A DNA stretch of 64,000 bases from Candidatus Poribacteria bacterium (GTDB lineage Bacteria; Poribacteria; WGA-4E; PCPOR2b), in NCBI GenBank assembly GCA_965218095.1, contig OZ244587.1:1728001-1792000 (forward strand), given 5' to 3'. Of this stretch, positions 21,643 through 32,380 are shown piece by piece. Under the pieces are notes generated by a model. The model saw only the letters and a list, made by a program, of their open reading frames with translations, did not search any database and had not been told where the DNA came from. The translations under genes and the position numbers were made by a program. Each line of letters begins with the position of its first letter. Position 1 is the first letter of the stretch.

Positions 21643-21991
21643 TAGGAGTTACGCAGTTGGTGTTTAAAGTGTAAAACGGTTGAGCTAGATAGGCACGAAC
21701 CGCTTCTCTGATAAGCGAGACTTTCGCTTCAAACCAACTGACGCCGGTCGAGAAACAGTGCCGCTCAAGTCGTAGAAACGCTCGCAATGCCAGCCCAATA
21801 TGATGGCGTTGCGCAACTCCCTTGCGAACCATCGACCGCTCAACACCGAAAAATTGCTTGATGCCTCGATGGTATTGTTCAATCGTCCAAGGCAGTTCGT
21901 CACACTTGAGTCGAAACAGTTCATTCATTGCATTTGGGTCAATTCATAGCCTTGATTATAACCTATTTTCTGTCCAAGTGTGTAACTCCTA
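21643..21991 (-). mobile_element. Internally deleted IS701-family element (349 bp)
   Basis: TIR TAGGAGTTACGCA / TGTGTAACTCCTA; WTIEQYHRGIKQ..SWFEAK transposase C-terminus. Confidence 0.8.
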
Positions 21992-22125
21992 TTCTGTTAA
22001 AACTGAAGAAGAATCCCAGGTGGGGTAGTGTAGTGTGTCCGGGCAGGTGGCACTGGTAGCGAAGGAAGAAGGGAAAGAGAGGAATAGGGACGACGGTGGT
22101 GTCGTCGCCCCTGAAGTGTCCATCG

Positions 22126-22890
22126 TTATTTTTCATACGTGTATGACTCCCCCGGCTGCAACTTGACGACTTCGGTGCGCGGCGAGGTCACGGCGACCAT
22201 CTCGCGCAGCTTGTCAATATCAGCTACCTGCTTGGGGAAGGTGTCGTAGTGGCACGGAATAGCGACCTTGGGACGCAGCATGTGGCATGCAAAGGCGAAC
22301 TCGCGCAGTCCCATGGTATATTGCCCCCCGGCCGGCATAATCGCAATTTCGGGGTCATACATATTGCCGATAACCTGCATCTCCGCACTTACACCGGTAT
22401 CGCCGCTGTCATAGAGGACGATACTGTTGTCAAACGAGATGACGTACCCGCAGGTTTGTCCATCAGCACCCATCGTCTTGTCTTCGAGATATTCGTAAAG
22501 CATCATGTTGGTCGAGTGGCACGACGGCGTCATCGTATAGGTCGCCTTGCCGATCTTCCCACTGCCGCCGATGTTGAGGGCGTAAGCTGTCGGCTCCGTG
22601 TCGTAGGGGATACCGTGCTTATCGGCATACATGCCAACCTCTGGGCTGCAAATCAGGCAGGCGTTGGTCTTCTTGACGAGTTCAATGGAGTGCCCGATAT
22701 GGTCAATATGTCCGTGCGTGACGCAGACCACGTCTGCTTCGGTAATGTCATCAATGCTCCACGGGGAGACCGGATTCTGCCAGTCGCCGAGCGACGAACC
22801 TTTCAGCCACGGGTCGAAGTAAATCTTCTCGCCTTCATTTTCGAACAGGAACGAGGCATGACCGATAAAGGTGATTTTAATACTTGCCAT
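22126..22890 (-). CDS. Metallo-beta-lactamase fold hydrolase (UPF0173-like)
   Basis: FIGHASF, FDPWL, THGHIDH, SGDT and IPCHY motifs. Confidence 0.88.
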   Translation of the reverse strand: MASIKITFIGHASFLFENEGEKIYFDPWLKGSSLGDWQNPVSPWSIDDITEADVVCVTHGHIDHIGHSIELVKKTNACLICSPEVGMYADKHGIPYDTEPTAYALNIGGSGKIGKATYTMTPSCHSTNMMLYEYLEDKTMGADGQTCGYVISFDNSIVLYDSGDTGVSAEMQVIGNMYDPEIAIMPAGGQYTMGLREFAFACHMLRPKVAIPCHYDTFPKQVADIDKLREMVAVTSPRTEVVKLQPGESYTYEK

Positions 22891-23095
22891 TGTATTGCCT
22901 CCAGTGATGAGTTTGTGGGTAAGCTAGGTAACTAATCATAGCACGTTCAGAGGCGGAGCGCAAGCAGAAAATTGAGTTTGATAAGGGAGTAAAATAGGAA
23001 TGGAATGAATAATTAGCGACGTATGCTAGTGGTTTCATCGTCGCTTTGAGGAGAAATTGGAGATAGAATCCGAACCGGCTGGACGAAACGGGTTA

Positions 23096-24100
23096 CTAGA
23101 GCGGAATGATACTGACAAGAAATTCACCCTGAACGACGCTCGGGCAGGTGCGTAACACGACAATTCGTCCGGAATGTTCAGCATGAACGATTTGAAGGAT
23201 ATCGCCTTCCGGGTTGCAAATGCAGCCAATCGGTTGTCCAGCTCTTACCTGTTCCCACAGAGAAGCCTTGGGTAGAAATAAACCGTGGTGTTCGCTCAAA
23301 TGTTCGATCTGTAAATGCCCCTCTTCACCCTGATCGCTCTCGCGGAAGTAGGGAGGCAGCGTGCGTGGATAATTTCCCTTGAGCATCCCCAGGTAGCACA
23401 TCAAATTTTGAATTCCCTGTTTCAACTGCTCGACATCCTCGCGGTGACAAAGTCCGCTTCCTTGCATTTCAGCGTATAAGGTTGGCACTTCGTAAAGATA
23501 CGAACCGGCGCTCGACCGCCCCGGCAGGAAAGGGCTGCCCCAGATTAAGTTGAGACCGAAAGCGATTGCAGCTTCGCGCTGTATCTGCTGAATACGTCCG
23601 GATTTCATCGTATACCCGACCCAGGGCTTGAGGGTATAATACGTTCCCGCACTATGCAAATCGATAAACAAATTTCCGTGTTTAAGGACGGAATGCGTCA
23701 GGTGATAGGCGATCTGCTCGCTCACTGTGCCGTCCGAATGTCCCGGAAAGACACGCGCAAGATTTTTTTCATCAATTGGGCTCTCCCGCCGGTGCCCGAA
23801 GAACGCGGGTTCGTTGACAGTTGGTACTGCAATCAATGTCCCGCGAATCTGCGCCGGATCCAGTTCACGAAAGCATTCCTGGATAGCAACGATGCCTTCG
23901 TACTCATCTCCGTGAATGCCTGCACAAGCGATCAAGGTTTTCCCATCCTTCTGCCCACGCACAACCAGAATTGAGAATCCAATCTCCCGACCATCGATAA
24001 GTGTCGTCATCCGTTGCCGATACGCCATCTTGGTGCCTCGTGGAACATCTTCGGGTGAAAATGAGTCAGTTGAGTCAAAAAAGTGTTCTGGCATTTTCAT
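23096..24100 (-). CDS. Succinylglutamate desuccinylase/aspartoacylase family protein
   Basis: AGIHGDEYEG, NLARVFPG and IDLHSAG motifs; C-terminal lipoyl-like domain. Confidence 0.88.
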   Translation of the reverse strand: MKMPEHFFDSTDSFSPEDVPRGTKMAYRQRMTTLIDGREIGFSILVVRGQKDGKTLIACAGIHGDEYEGIVAIQECFRELDPAQIRGTLIAVPTVNEPAFFGHRRESPIDEKNLARVFPGHSDGTVSEQIAYHLTHSVLKHGNLFIDLHSAGTYYTLKPWVGYTMKSGRIQQIQREAAIAFGLNLIWGSPFLPGRSSAGSYLYEVPTLYAEMQGSGLCHREDVEQLKQGIQNLMCYLGMLKGNYPRTLPPYFRESDQGEEGHLQIEHLSEHHGLFLPKASLWEQVRAGQPIGCICNPEGDILQIVHAEHSGRIVVLRTCPSVVQGEFLVSIIPL

Positions 24101-24392
24101 GACCTCTTGTGTTCTGCGCAAGGGACTCCACAGTACGCACATTATGTATCAGCGATAAGATCAATGTTATCTGACATCGGCGTTTTCACACAACAGTTAG
24201 TTAAATTCCTGCCTTCGCTTCTTCAATACAATTAAGGCACATCAGATCGGGACTGACTTTCACGACATGGATTTCTTGATATGCCTTCATTTGCTGGGCA
24301 TCTACACATCTTTCGATACGATGCGTCCGGTAACACATCATTTACGTTGTGGTCGGAAGAACTGTCTGTACAAATAAATCCCCGGCAGTCAT

Positions 24393-26216
24393 TTATTCAA
24401 CGGTGACACTTTTAGCAAGATTTCTGGGTTGATCCACATCACACCTGCGATGAACAGCACTGTAATAAGCGAGCAACTGAAGCGGAATTGCAACCAATAG
24501 CGGGGAGAGCTCCTCCGCAATGTCCGGAACGTAAAGGACTTCCTGAGCAAGTGCCTGGATTTCCGTGTTGCCTTCGCTAGCAATTGCGATGACGATTCCG
24601 TTTCGAGCGCGGATCTCCTGGATGGCACTCACAATCTTCGAATAAATGCTGCTATTGGTAGCAATGCACACGACAGGCACATCTTCGTTAATCAACGCGA
24701 GTGGACCATGTTTTAATTCGCCGGCTGGATGACCGGTGGCATGGATGTAGGAGATTTCCTTGAGTTTGAGAGCACCTTCCAAAGCGTTGGGATAATTGTA
24801 GCTTCGCCCAATAAACATGAATGCCCCGACATCGCTATATTTCTCCGCACAGGTGCAGATTTGTTGCTGCTGGATGGCTTGCTCCATAAGGGATGGCGCC
24901 TTTTTAAGAGTTTGGAGAAATTTCTGTATATCTCCGGGTGTTAATACCCCTTTTAGCTTGCCTAGGTGCATTGCGAGTAACCCAAGCACTGCAATCTGTG
25001 CGGCATAGGCTTTGGTGGAAGCGACGCCAATCTCAAGTCCAGCGTGAAGTTCGATAACCGCATCCGCCTCCCGTGCAATGGTGCTGTTGATCTCGTTGCA
25101 TAAGGCTAATACGCTCATGAACTTGCTCTTTGCTTTACGCAATCCCTCAAGCGTATCAGCAGTCTCACCGGATTGGGAAATAGCGATTACCAGTGTATCT
25201 CCCTCCAAAACCGGGTTACGGTAGCGAAACTCTGAGGAGATGTCCACTTCGGTGTGGATGTACGCATACTGTTCCAGCAAATACTTGCCGATCAGTCCGG
25301 CATGCCACGATGTGCCACAGGCTTGGATGACGATCCGATTCACACAGGCGAGAAATTCGTCGTTCAATCCCAATTCCCCGAAATCGACCTCCATCTCATC
25401 GGTGATATATATATTGTGTAAGCGCTGTAAGACATTAGGCTGCTCGTAGATCTCCTTAAGCATGAAGTGTGGATGGTCGCCTTTATCGGCACTGTCGGGA
25501 CTCAAGCCGATCTGATGGATGCGCGGTTCGACCCGCTCGCCCTCCATGGTTTGAACCTCCACCTGGTCCCGTGTCAGAAGGGCAACCTGATTATCTTCGA
25601 GATAGACCATCCGTTGGGTGTGCGGCAGCAACGCCGGCACATCTGAAGCGACGAAGTTCTCTCCCTCCCCAAGTCCCAAGATGAACGGGCTGCCGCGTCG
25701 CGCAACTACGATGCAGTCCGGAAACTGTTGGTGAATAAAAGTAGCTGAAAATGTTCCCTCTACCTGCTGAAGTGCGTTGCAAACGGCATCGACAAAATCT
25801 TCCTCCGCCGCTTCCTCAACTAGGTGTGCCAGCACTTCTGTATCTGTATCTGATTCAAATAGATGCCCCCGCCCTTGCAGGGCACGCTTGAGCGGGAGAT
25901 AGTTCTCAATGATTCCGTTGTGTACGACCGCCAAAGTCCGACCCTCGTCGGTATGCGGATGGGCATTGCGTTCATTCGGTTCCCCGTGTGTTGCCCATCG
26001 GGTGTGCCCGATACCAATCGCGCCACGCATCGGATTCTGACGAAGACTTTCGTCTAGTTCACGCAGTTTTCCCGCCCGCTTTCGCAGATCTAACTCGCCA
26101 TCACTGATGACAGCCATACCTGCTGAATCATATCCCCGGTACTGAAGTCGTTCCAGTCCTGTCCACAAAACAGAGTCAGCGTATTTATCTCCAATGTATC
26201 CGACAATCCCACACAT
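24393..26216 (-). CDS. glmS: Glutamine-fructose-6-phosphate aminotransferase
   Basis: MCGIVG, GHTRWATHG, SQSGETADT and PRNLAKSVTVE motifs. Confidence 0.97.
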   Translation of the reverse strand: MCGIVGYIGDKYADSVLWTGLERLQYRGYDSAGMAVISDGELDLRKRAGKLRELDESLRQNPMRGAIGIGHTRWATHGEPNERNAHPHTDEGRTLAVVHNGIIENYLPLKRALQGRGHLFESDTDTEVLAHLVEEAAEEDFVDAVCNALQQVEGTFSATFIHQQFPDCIVVARRGSPFILGLGEGENFVASDVPALLPHTQRMVYLEDNQVALLTRDQVEVQTMEGERVEPRIHQIGLSPDSADKGDHPHFMLKEIYEQPNVLQRLHNIYITDEMEVDFGELGLNDEFLACVNRIVIQACGTSWHAGLIGKYLLEQYAYIHTEVDISSEFRYRNPVLEGDTLVIAISQSGETADTLEGLRKAKSKFMSVLALCNEINSTIAREADAVIELHAGLEIGVASTKAYAAQIAVLGLLAMHLGKLKGVLTPGDIQKFLQTLKKAPSLMEQAIQQQQICTCAEKYSDVGAFMFIGRSYNYPNALEGALKLKEISYIHATGHPAGELKHGPLALINEDVPVVCIATNSSIYSKIVSAIQEIRARNGIVIAIASEGNTEIQALAQEVLYVPDIAEELSPLLVAIPLQLLAYYSAVHRRCDVDQPRNLAKSVTVE

Positions 26217-26301
26217 AGTTTTCCTTTCCCAATTCCTTTATCAAGGGTGTGTTTTCAACTGTAATCGATTGGAGGAGGGGCGAAAACGGGGTGGCTCTCC
26301 T

Positions 26302-27417
26302 CTACGAAACGGATTCATGGAACCTTGGATGGTCACTCAATACCTTGACCAGTGTTTGTGCAAGTTTTTCGGGATGGTGGCGGATCACGGTTTGTGGACC
26401 ACCGCTATCGATGACCTCGGTGGTATCCCGAATGAGTTCCGCCTCTACAATCCACATATCACCGAGATTATCTCGTTCCGGGTGATAGAAGATTTGCACA
26501 TTAGCTGGTCCTGCCATTTGCTTTGTCGCATTGGTAATCTGTCTATACCTTTCGATGATCTTTTCCGGCGCCGGTTGATTGTTAACGATGACATAGTCTA
26601 GCGATATGCCGGGGGCGTGAGCCAGGATTGCTTCGACGTGGTCGGTAACAGAGTACCCATCAGTTTCGCCCGGCTGCGACATCACATTACAGATATAGAT
26701 TTTCATCGCATCTGAAGATTGGATTGTTCCGGTGATTTCCTTGATCACAAGGTTGGGCATGATACTGGTGTATAAACTTCCGGGACCAATGATGATGGCA
26801 TCGGCATTGGCGATAGCCTCCACAGCCCCTGTATGTGCAGTACATTCATAAGGTTCGTCGTGATGCTGTTTGCCGTTCTCACGCGGTTTCAGAAAGACGC
26901 GCTCAATCGGTTTTCGATTGACTCGCTCCGGGATGTTGGACTCACCGCACACAACATCACCATCGACTAGTTCAGCGCACAGTGTGGTTCCATCTAGGCT
27001 AACCGGTATAATCCTGCCTCGCGTGGAGAGCAGTTTGGATGCTTCTTGGATAGCTTTTGGAAAACTGCCGTTATTTAATTCAGTGAGTGCAATGAGGAGG
27101 AGGTTTCCAACTGTATGCCCTCCGAGATCGCCGTCACTTGAAAAGCGATATTCAAAGAGTTTAGCTAGTAACCCATCATCATTGGATAGGGCGACCAGTA
27201 GCTGACGAATATCACCCGGTGGAATCACATCAAACTCTTCAACCAATCGTCCAGAACTACCGCCGTCGTCAGACACAGAAACAATTGCCGCCAGATTATC
27301 CATATCAATAATTTCTGAGCGATCGCGTCTGTTGCTTGTGTGTTGTTTAATTCCGCTCAATAGGGAAGATAAGCCTGTACCGCCACCTATGCAGACCAGT
27401 TTTAGTGCATCTACCAT
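26302..27417 (-). CDS. yvcK: YvcK/GlmR (CofD-related) protein
   Basis: IGGGTGL, DDGGSSGRL, PPGDIR, GPGSLYTS and QPGETDGY motifs. Confidence 0.9.
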   Translation of the reverse strand: MVDALKLVCIGGGTGLSSLLSGIKQHTSNRRDRSEIIDMDNLAAIVSVSDDGGSSGRLVEEFDVIPPGDIRQLLVALSNDDGLLAKLFEYRFSSDGDLGGHTVGNLLLIALTELNNGSFPKAIQEASKLLSTRGRIIPVSLDGTTLCAELVDGDVVCGESNIPERVNRKPIERVFLKPRENGKQHHDEPYECTAHTGAVEAIANADAIIIGPGSLYTSIMPNLVIKEITGTIQSSDAMKIYICNVMSQPGETDGYSVTDHVEAILAHAPGISLDYVIVNNQPAPEKIIERYRQITNATKQMAGPANVQIFYHPERDNLGDMWIVEAELIRDTTEVIDSGGPQTVIRHHPEKLAQTLVKVLSDHPRFHESVS

Positions 27418-27539
27418 GATAAACCTCCATCAATACAGCACAAAAAGAACCTGTTAAAATTGACGCTGGGGGTACGTTTGCGTTTCAAGAAAATTGTGGT
27501 GCGTGGAACTCCTCACGACCAAGAAAGAGAGTTTGGTGG

Positions 27540-28940
27540 TTAGTTGGAGACTCGTTGTATCAAAGATTTTAGTGCCTCAAGCGTTGAATCGCAAAGTTCC
27601 TGAGCCTCTTCAGCGGTCTGTGCTTCGCTAAAAACACGAATGACCGGCTCTGTACCGGACTTCCGAATATTGACCCATCGGTCTTCCCAAACTCGTTTTA
27701 TCCCATCAGTCAGATCAAGTGTTTCATCTGTATAAGTTTCGATGGCAAGTTGAAGAACCACATCAGCGATTTGTTGCGAGGACACTTCCAATTTCTCCTT
27801 GCATATCGCATAGCTTGGGATGGAAGCAATAACCTCCGAAATCGTTGAGGGGCTTAACTCAGCGAGGAGTTGAATAATTGCAGCTATTGACACAATACCG
27901 TCGGTCGTATATTGAAGTTCTGGATAAATCACACCGCCTGTTCCTTCACCGCCGATGACTGCGCCTGTTTCTCGCATTTTCTCGACAACGAATCCGACAC
28001 CCACCGGCGTCCGGTACAGTTTTACGCCGTACCGATCCGCTACGTCATCCAACATGCGGCTGGTTGATACAGTAGCGACTATATCCCCTTTTCGTTTATT
28101 CAGCAGAAATTCCGCTGCGAGGGCGAAGGTGTATTCGCTGCTCAACGGAGTGCCCTCCTCAGAGACGAGCACCAGCCGGTCCGCATCACCATCGTGTGCG
28201 AAGCCGAGGTCTGCGCCTTCCGATTTGATGGCTTTGCAGAGTTGACCTAACGCATCTGGCGTTGGTTCCGCCGGACGAGGAAAATAGCCATTGGGAACGC
28301 AGTTCAGTTCGACAACTTCACATCCCAACGCTCTTAGCAAGCGAGGACTAATCACACTCCCCGCGCCATTGCCGCAATCGATGACGACTTTTAGCCCGTG
28401 AGAACGTGTTTGATCTGGCACAACCCAATCACAACTGAGTACACCGGCGATATGTTGATCAATAGCAGTGCCGATTACCTCGACACTGCCCTGTTTATCC
28501 CAGGCGGCTAGCTCAAAGTCCCCCGACTCGTAAATCCTCATTAGGTGTGTGCGTTCTGCCTCACTCAAGAGTCTGCCGGATTCAGGCGCAAATTCGATGC
28601 CATTCCAATCAATCGGGTTGTGGCTTGCCGTAATCACGAGGCTTCCATCCGCATTCAATTCTTTCGACATGAGTAAAACTGTCGGCGTTGGACACACCCC
28701 AACGTCAATCACTTTGCAACCGGTCGCAATCAGCCCGGCGAGTACGGCATGATGTGCCATCGGACCCGATGTCCGCGTATCTCTTCCAACTACAACAGTT
28801 TGTCCCTCAATTAACGTTCCGAATGCCGCAGCAAACCGGGTTAATAGGCTTGGATCCAACGCGTTACCAACTGTTCCTCTAACGCCGGAGACACTGATGA
28901 TTAGGTCCTCTCCCGATGCGTGGGATTTCACTTCGTTCAA
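27540..28940 (-). CDS. glmM: Phosphoglucosamine/phosphomannomutase
   Basis: SGVRG, TASHNP, DGDADR and RKSGTEP motifs; clustered with glmS. Confidence 0.8.
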   Translation of the reverse strand: MNEVKSHASGEDLIISVSGVRGTVGNALDPSLLTRFAAAFGTLIEGQTVVVGRDTRTSGPMAHHAVLAGLIATGCKVIDVGVCPTPTVLLMSKELNADGSLVITASHNPIDWNGIEFAPESGRLLSEAERTHLMRIYESGDFELAAWDKQGSVEVIGTAIDQHIAGVLSCDWVVPDQTRSHGLKVVIDCGNGAGSVISPRLLRALGCEVVELNCVPNGYFPRPAEPTPDALGQLCKAIKSEGADLGFAHDGDADRLVLVSEEGTPLSSEYTFALAAEFLLNKRKGDIVATVSTSRMLDDVADRYGVKLYRTPVGVGFVVEKMRETGAVIGGEGTGGVIYPELQYTTDGIVSIAAIIQLLAELSPSTISEVIASIPSYAICKEKLEVSSQQIADVVLQLAIETYTDETLDLTDGIKRVWEDRWVNIRKSGTEPVIRVFSEAQTAEEAQELCDSTLEALKSLIQRVSN

Positions 28941-28966
28941 TGTACAAGCTCCTGCGGTTTAAAAAT

Positions 28967-29758
28967 TCAGACGCGATTCCACCATGACAATGCAACGCAA
29001 CAGGTTCCAATCAGTATCTGCCAGCTGCAAACGATGTGCCATGACGGATAGACAACTAGATATGATGGGATCGGTGTTAGTTCGTATAAGTGAGGTGTTC
29101 TAAACACATCAAGTTTAAGCAGATGGCACACGGCAATCAGTGGGTTGAGGTATAGAAATGGTGGAATGATGGGTTGGAGATTTTCCAGATAACGATCTAA
29201 CGGTGCTAACAGAAACACACCGCCAATCAGGAGACTCCACCCTAGATATGTTGCCTCTGTTGCAAAGAGTTCATGGCGAAAGATGCACCAGCACAATCCG
29301 CCAGTCGAGGCAGCCACAATGATGTAAATTCCAAACACTAGGTGCAGTTGAACCACTTCAAGGTGGGTGATATTGCTGATTGATGGTATGAGAATCGTAA
29401 AAACAAGGGTTGCGAGAGCAAGGAAGCAGAATGTGTAAATCTGGCTCCCCAATATGACGCTCATCCAGACCCATCGAGGGTCTATTCGACTCAATTGTAA
29501 GTCTGTTGATGGGAGAGGTGCAAAATGTTTGTTGAGTCCGCTACATGCTAGGTATGGCGCAACAATCAGGACGAGCAACGCTTCTGACAGGAAGATGAGA
29601 TCGGTGAACCGCCCCAGCTTTACACGAAATAGGAGTTGACAGATGACCAGTAACAGAACGCTCTGTACAATGAGGGCAAAACAGATCTTGCTGAATTTCC
29701 ACTGTTGGCGTATCACTTGGCTGAGGACTAGATTTTCAAGGCGGCGTATATGGTACAT
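28967..29758 (-). CDS. Multi-pass membrane protein (ABC-2 permease-like)
   Basis: About six hydrophobic segments and an LNP motif. Confidence 0.55.
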   Translation of the reverse strand: MYHIRRLENLVLSQVIRQQWKFSKICFALIVQSVLLLVICQLLFRVKLGRFTDLIFLSEALLVLIVAPYLACSGLNKHFAPLPSTDLQLSRIDPRWVWMSVILGSQIYTFCFLALATLVFTILIPSISNITHLEVVQLHLVFGIYIIVAASTGGLCWCIFRHELFATEATYLGWSLLIGGVFLLAPLDRYLENLQPIIPPFLYLNPLIAVCHLLKLDVFRTPHLYELTPIPSYLVVYPSWHIVCSWQILIGTCCVALSWWNRV

Positions 29759-29766
29759 TCGATTTC

Positions 29767-30447
29767 TTAACGCCTCTGTCCAAACTGCTCACGCAACGCA
29801 TCCTGAATTTGCAAAATCGTATGTGCGACGCCATAGAGGCCCGGATGAATCTCTAACGCCTTCTGGAAGGCTTCTAGTGCTTCTCTGAGATTTCCGAGCC
29901 TCAGATAGCATTGTCCCATTCCCGCAAACGCGCCAAAATGAACCGGATTGAGTATAACCACCTTTTTGCAATCATCAATAGATTGCTCCCATTCTTCCAA
30001 CATAAAATATGCGATTGCTCTCTGGTTATATCCTTCAGCAAACTCAGGGGCCACCCGAATAACTTCTGTTAATTTATCAATCGCTTCTGCATACTGTTCT
30101 TTCTTGATATATTTTGCGCCTTCTCGAAGCATTTCATCAATGGATTCATCACCGGAGCGAAACCAGATTGCCCACAGCGCCTGTTCCGCATTGGAACGCA
30201 TAGCCGAATCGTCGTGCCGAAGCGCCTCTACCAATGGGGACACAACTTGCGTGTCGCCAATCACACTTAGTGCAGAAGCCGCCGCCCACCGTGTCGGCGT
30301 GACATCATGCGCTAACAATTCAATGAGAGTGTCCTGAGTGTAATTCTTTAATAAAACCTGTTTCAGTTCTTCTTTTTGTCTTTGAGTAGGGTACCGGATT
30401 AGCAGTTTTGCTAATTCCGAAAACCCATTACGCTTTGCCATGGTCAA
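29767..30447 (-). CDS. HEAT-repeat plus TPR protein
   Basis: RWAAASALSVIGD HEAT repeat; AEGYNQRA and HFGAFAGMG TPRs. Confidence 0.8.
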   Translation of the reverse strand: MTMAKRNGFSELAKLLIRYPTQRQKEELKQVLLKNYTQDTLIELLAHDVTPTRWAAASALSVIGDTQVVSPLVEALRHDDSAMRSNAEQALWAIWFRSGDESIDEMLREGAKYIKKEQYAEAIDKLTEVIRVAPEFAEGYNQRAIAYFMLEEWEQSIDDCKKVVILNPVHFGAFAGMGQCYLRLGNLREALEAFQKALEIHPGLYGVAHTILQIQDALREQFGQRR

Positions 30448-30775
30448 TGCCTCAATTGATTATGAAATCTTCCCTTTTGCGAGGTAGATTTCATTCATCT
30501 TATCATACCTGAGAAACAATGACAAGATAAAAGTTCACGCAATACAAATCTTGCGAAATCTAGTGATTTCGGATATAATGAGTTATACGCATTTCTGAAA
30601 ACGTAAAAATGGGGGAGCCATATTATGATGACAACTCAAGTTGAAACGGCTTCCGGGATTTCGCCAGAAGATGAACGCGAATTGTTGCGCATGCTTTGGA
30701 TGCTGAGAACTACAAATGGGTTTCAACTTCAAGCTGCACAATGTGACCTGCCGGTAGCACAAAAGACACATACGG

Positions 30776-30964
30776 CTTGGCGATAACGAGACTGCCCTTG
30801 CTTGCTTTAACGCATTAAGGGCGATTGGTGTTTCTATCAAAACTCCCCATATCGTTGAGTGGGTCGAGGAAGATATTCAGCGACTCAAAACCGAAGTTGG
30901 CGGAGAAGTATTTGAACGCCTAAAAGCGGAAGTTCAGGCAAGGCAGAAGGAACTGACTCCTTGA
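30776..30964 (+). pseudogene. Orphan C-terminal fragment of a TPR-like protein
   Basis: LGDNETALACF...LKTEVGGEVFERL with no start codon. Confidence 0.4.
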
Positions 30965-30983
30965 ACAGCGTGCTATCGTTAAA

Positions 30984-31280
30984 ATGATGTATATACTTGA
31001 ACCCCTGACTCATGAAAGTTCAAACTTGTGGGAGGAAATTCTTACTGGTTGTCCAAATAGCCTTCCATTTCACTCGATTGCATGGCGTAATGCGTTAGCA
31101 AATAGGTTCAAGCAACTAACGCCTGCTTATTTTCTGATTAAAGCAAACGACGCCATCGTTGGTGGATTACCCACTTTCGTATTTCAGCCGATTCGTGGGA
31201 TTAAGATGCTGCACTCGATGTCAAACGCGACTCTACGGGCGGAAGCTGATCGAGGCAGGATATCAAAAGCACGAAGCTGA
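30984..31280 (+). pseudogene. Truncated FemAB/GNAT-family protein N-terminus
   Basis: WEEIL..FHSIAW..IVGGLP..LHSM, then abrupt loss of similarity. Confidence 0.55.
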
Positions 31281-31453
31281 GAGTTTTGGTGTTTGCCGGA
31301 CACTTATTCGGAAAGCCGATGGATTTGGTTTCTAGCTGCTGGAAGTTATCGGCGTATCTCATCCTGGGAATCACGTTCTATTTTCTCCCTGAGTTGGGGA
31401 TGCACCGATAACGTCGTGACAAAATCTGATGAAAGGAATATAGACCCGAATCA

Positions 31454-32299
31454 ATGATGACAAAATACAAACTAATCGCCCTTGATATTGACGGCACACT
31501 GACCAACTCTCATGGAAAGATTACCGAGCGCACGAAGAAAGCGGTACATCGCGTCGCCCAAATGGGAGCGACGATCGTTGTCGCAACCGGGCGGCGTTCC
31601 TTCACAGCAAAGCTGAAGGTCTTACAACTCGAACTTCCGGGGGTGCTCGTCGCAGCCTATAACGGTGCCATCCTCAAGCGGCTCAACGGCGATCTCATCT
31701 ATCATCGATTGCTCTCCCGCAGCATTGCGCAGCATGTCGTGAAGGTCGCCAGAGAACTCGGTCTCTGCCCGATCATTTTTGAGGGAACACAGGACGCGGC
31801 AAACATACTCGTTGAGGACTACGGAGATCGGATTGATGCCGGGCAACAGCGGTATCTTCGGGAGAATCAAGAACACCTGAAATGGGTCGATGATCTCGCA
31901 GCAGATTTGCCGGGCGACGTGATTGAAGTCATCTGCGTTGTCCCCGCGGATGCGATGCATGAGATCGCTGCAACTTTTCAGGCACGCCTGAATGGACAGA
32001 TTAAACCAATTCCGGTGATGTTCAATAATGGGCAACGCGCCTTCCTCAGTCTTTCCAATGCAAAAGTCGGTAAACATCAACCGCTGTACTATCTTGTCGA
32101 GCAGATGAGGATAAACCAATCGGACATCCTCGCAATTGGGGATAACTATAACGATCTGGATATGTTACAATTTGTAGGACTGGGCGTTATCATGGAAAAT
32201 GCGGACAAGGCGCTCAAACAGATGGGATTCTACGTGACGGCCTCGAATGATGCGGATGGCGTCGCAAAGGCTTTGGAGCGGTTTGTGTTAGGAATTTAG
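31454..32299 (+). CDS. Cof-type HAD-IIB hydrolase
   Basis: DIDGTL, ATGR, AIGDNYNDLDML and SNDADGVA motifs. Confidence 0.92.
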   Translation: MMTKYKLIALDIDGTLTNSHGKITERTKKAVHRVAQMGATIVVATGRRSFTAKLKVLQLELPGVLVAAYNGAILKRLNGDLIYHRLLSRSIAQHVVKVARELGLCPIIFEGTQDAANILVEDYGDRIDAGQQRYLRENQEHLKWVDDLAADLPGDVIEVICVVPADAMHEIAATFQARLNGQIKPIPVMFNNGQRAFLSLSNAKVGKHQPLYYLVEQMRINQSDILAIGDNYNDLDMLQFVGLGVIMENADKALKQMGFYVTASNDADGVAKALERFVLGI

Positions 32300-32380
32300 G
32301 GGAGAAGATAGGCGAATGAGGAAACGAAACAATGAGGCAATAAAGCTTATTCACATTTTACGCATTACGCATTACGCATT

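Noticed and set aside
26217-26301. glmS ribozyme
   Set aside because: The intergenic gap is only ~85 nt and lacks the conserved core; glmS appears operonic with yvcK
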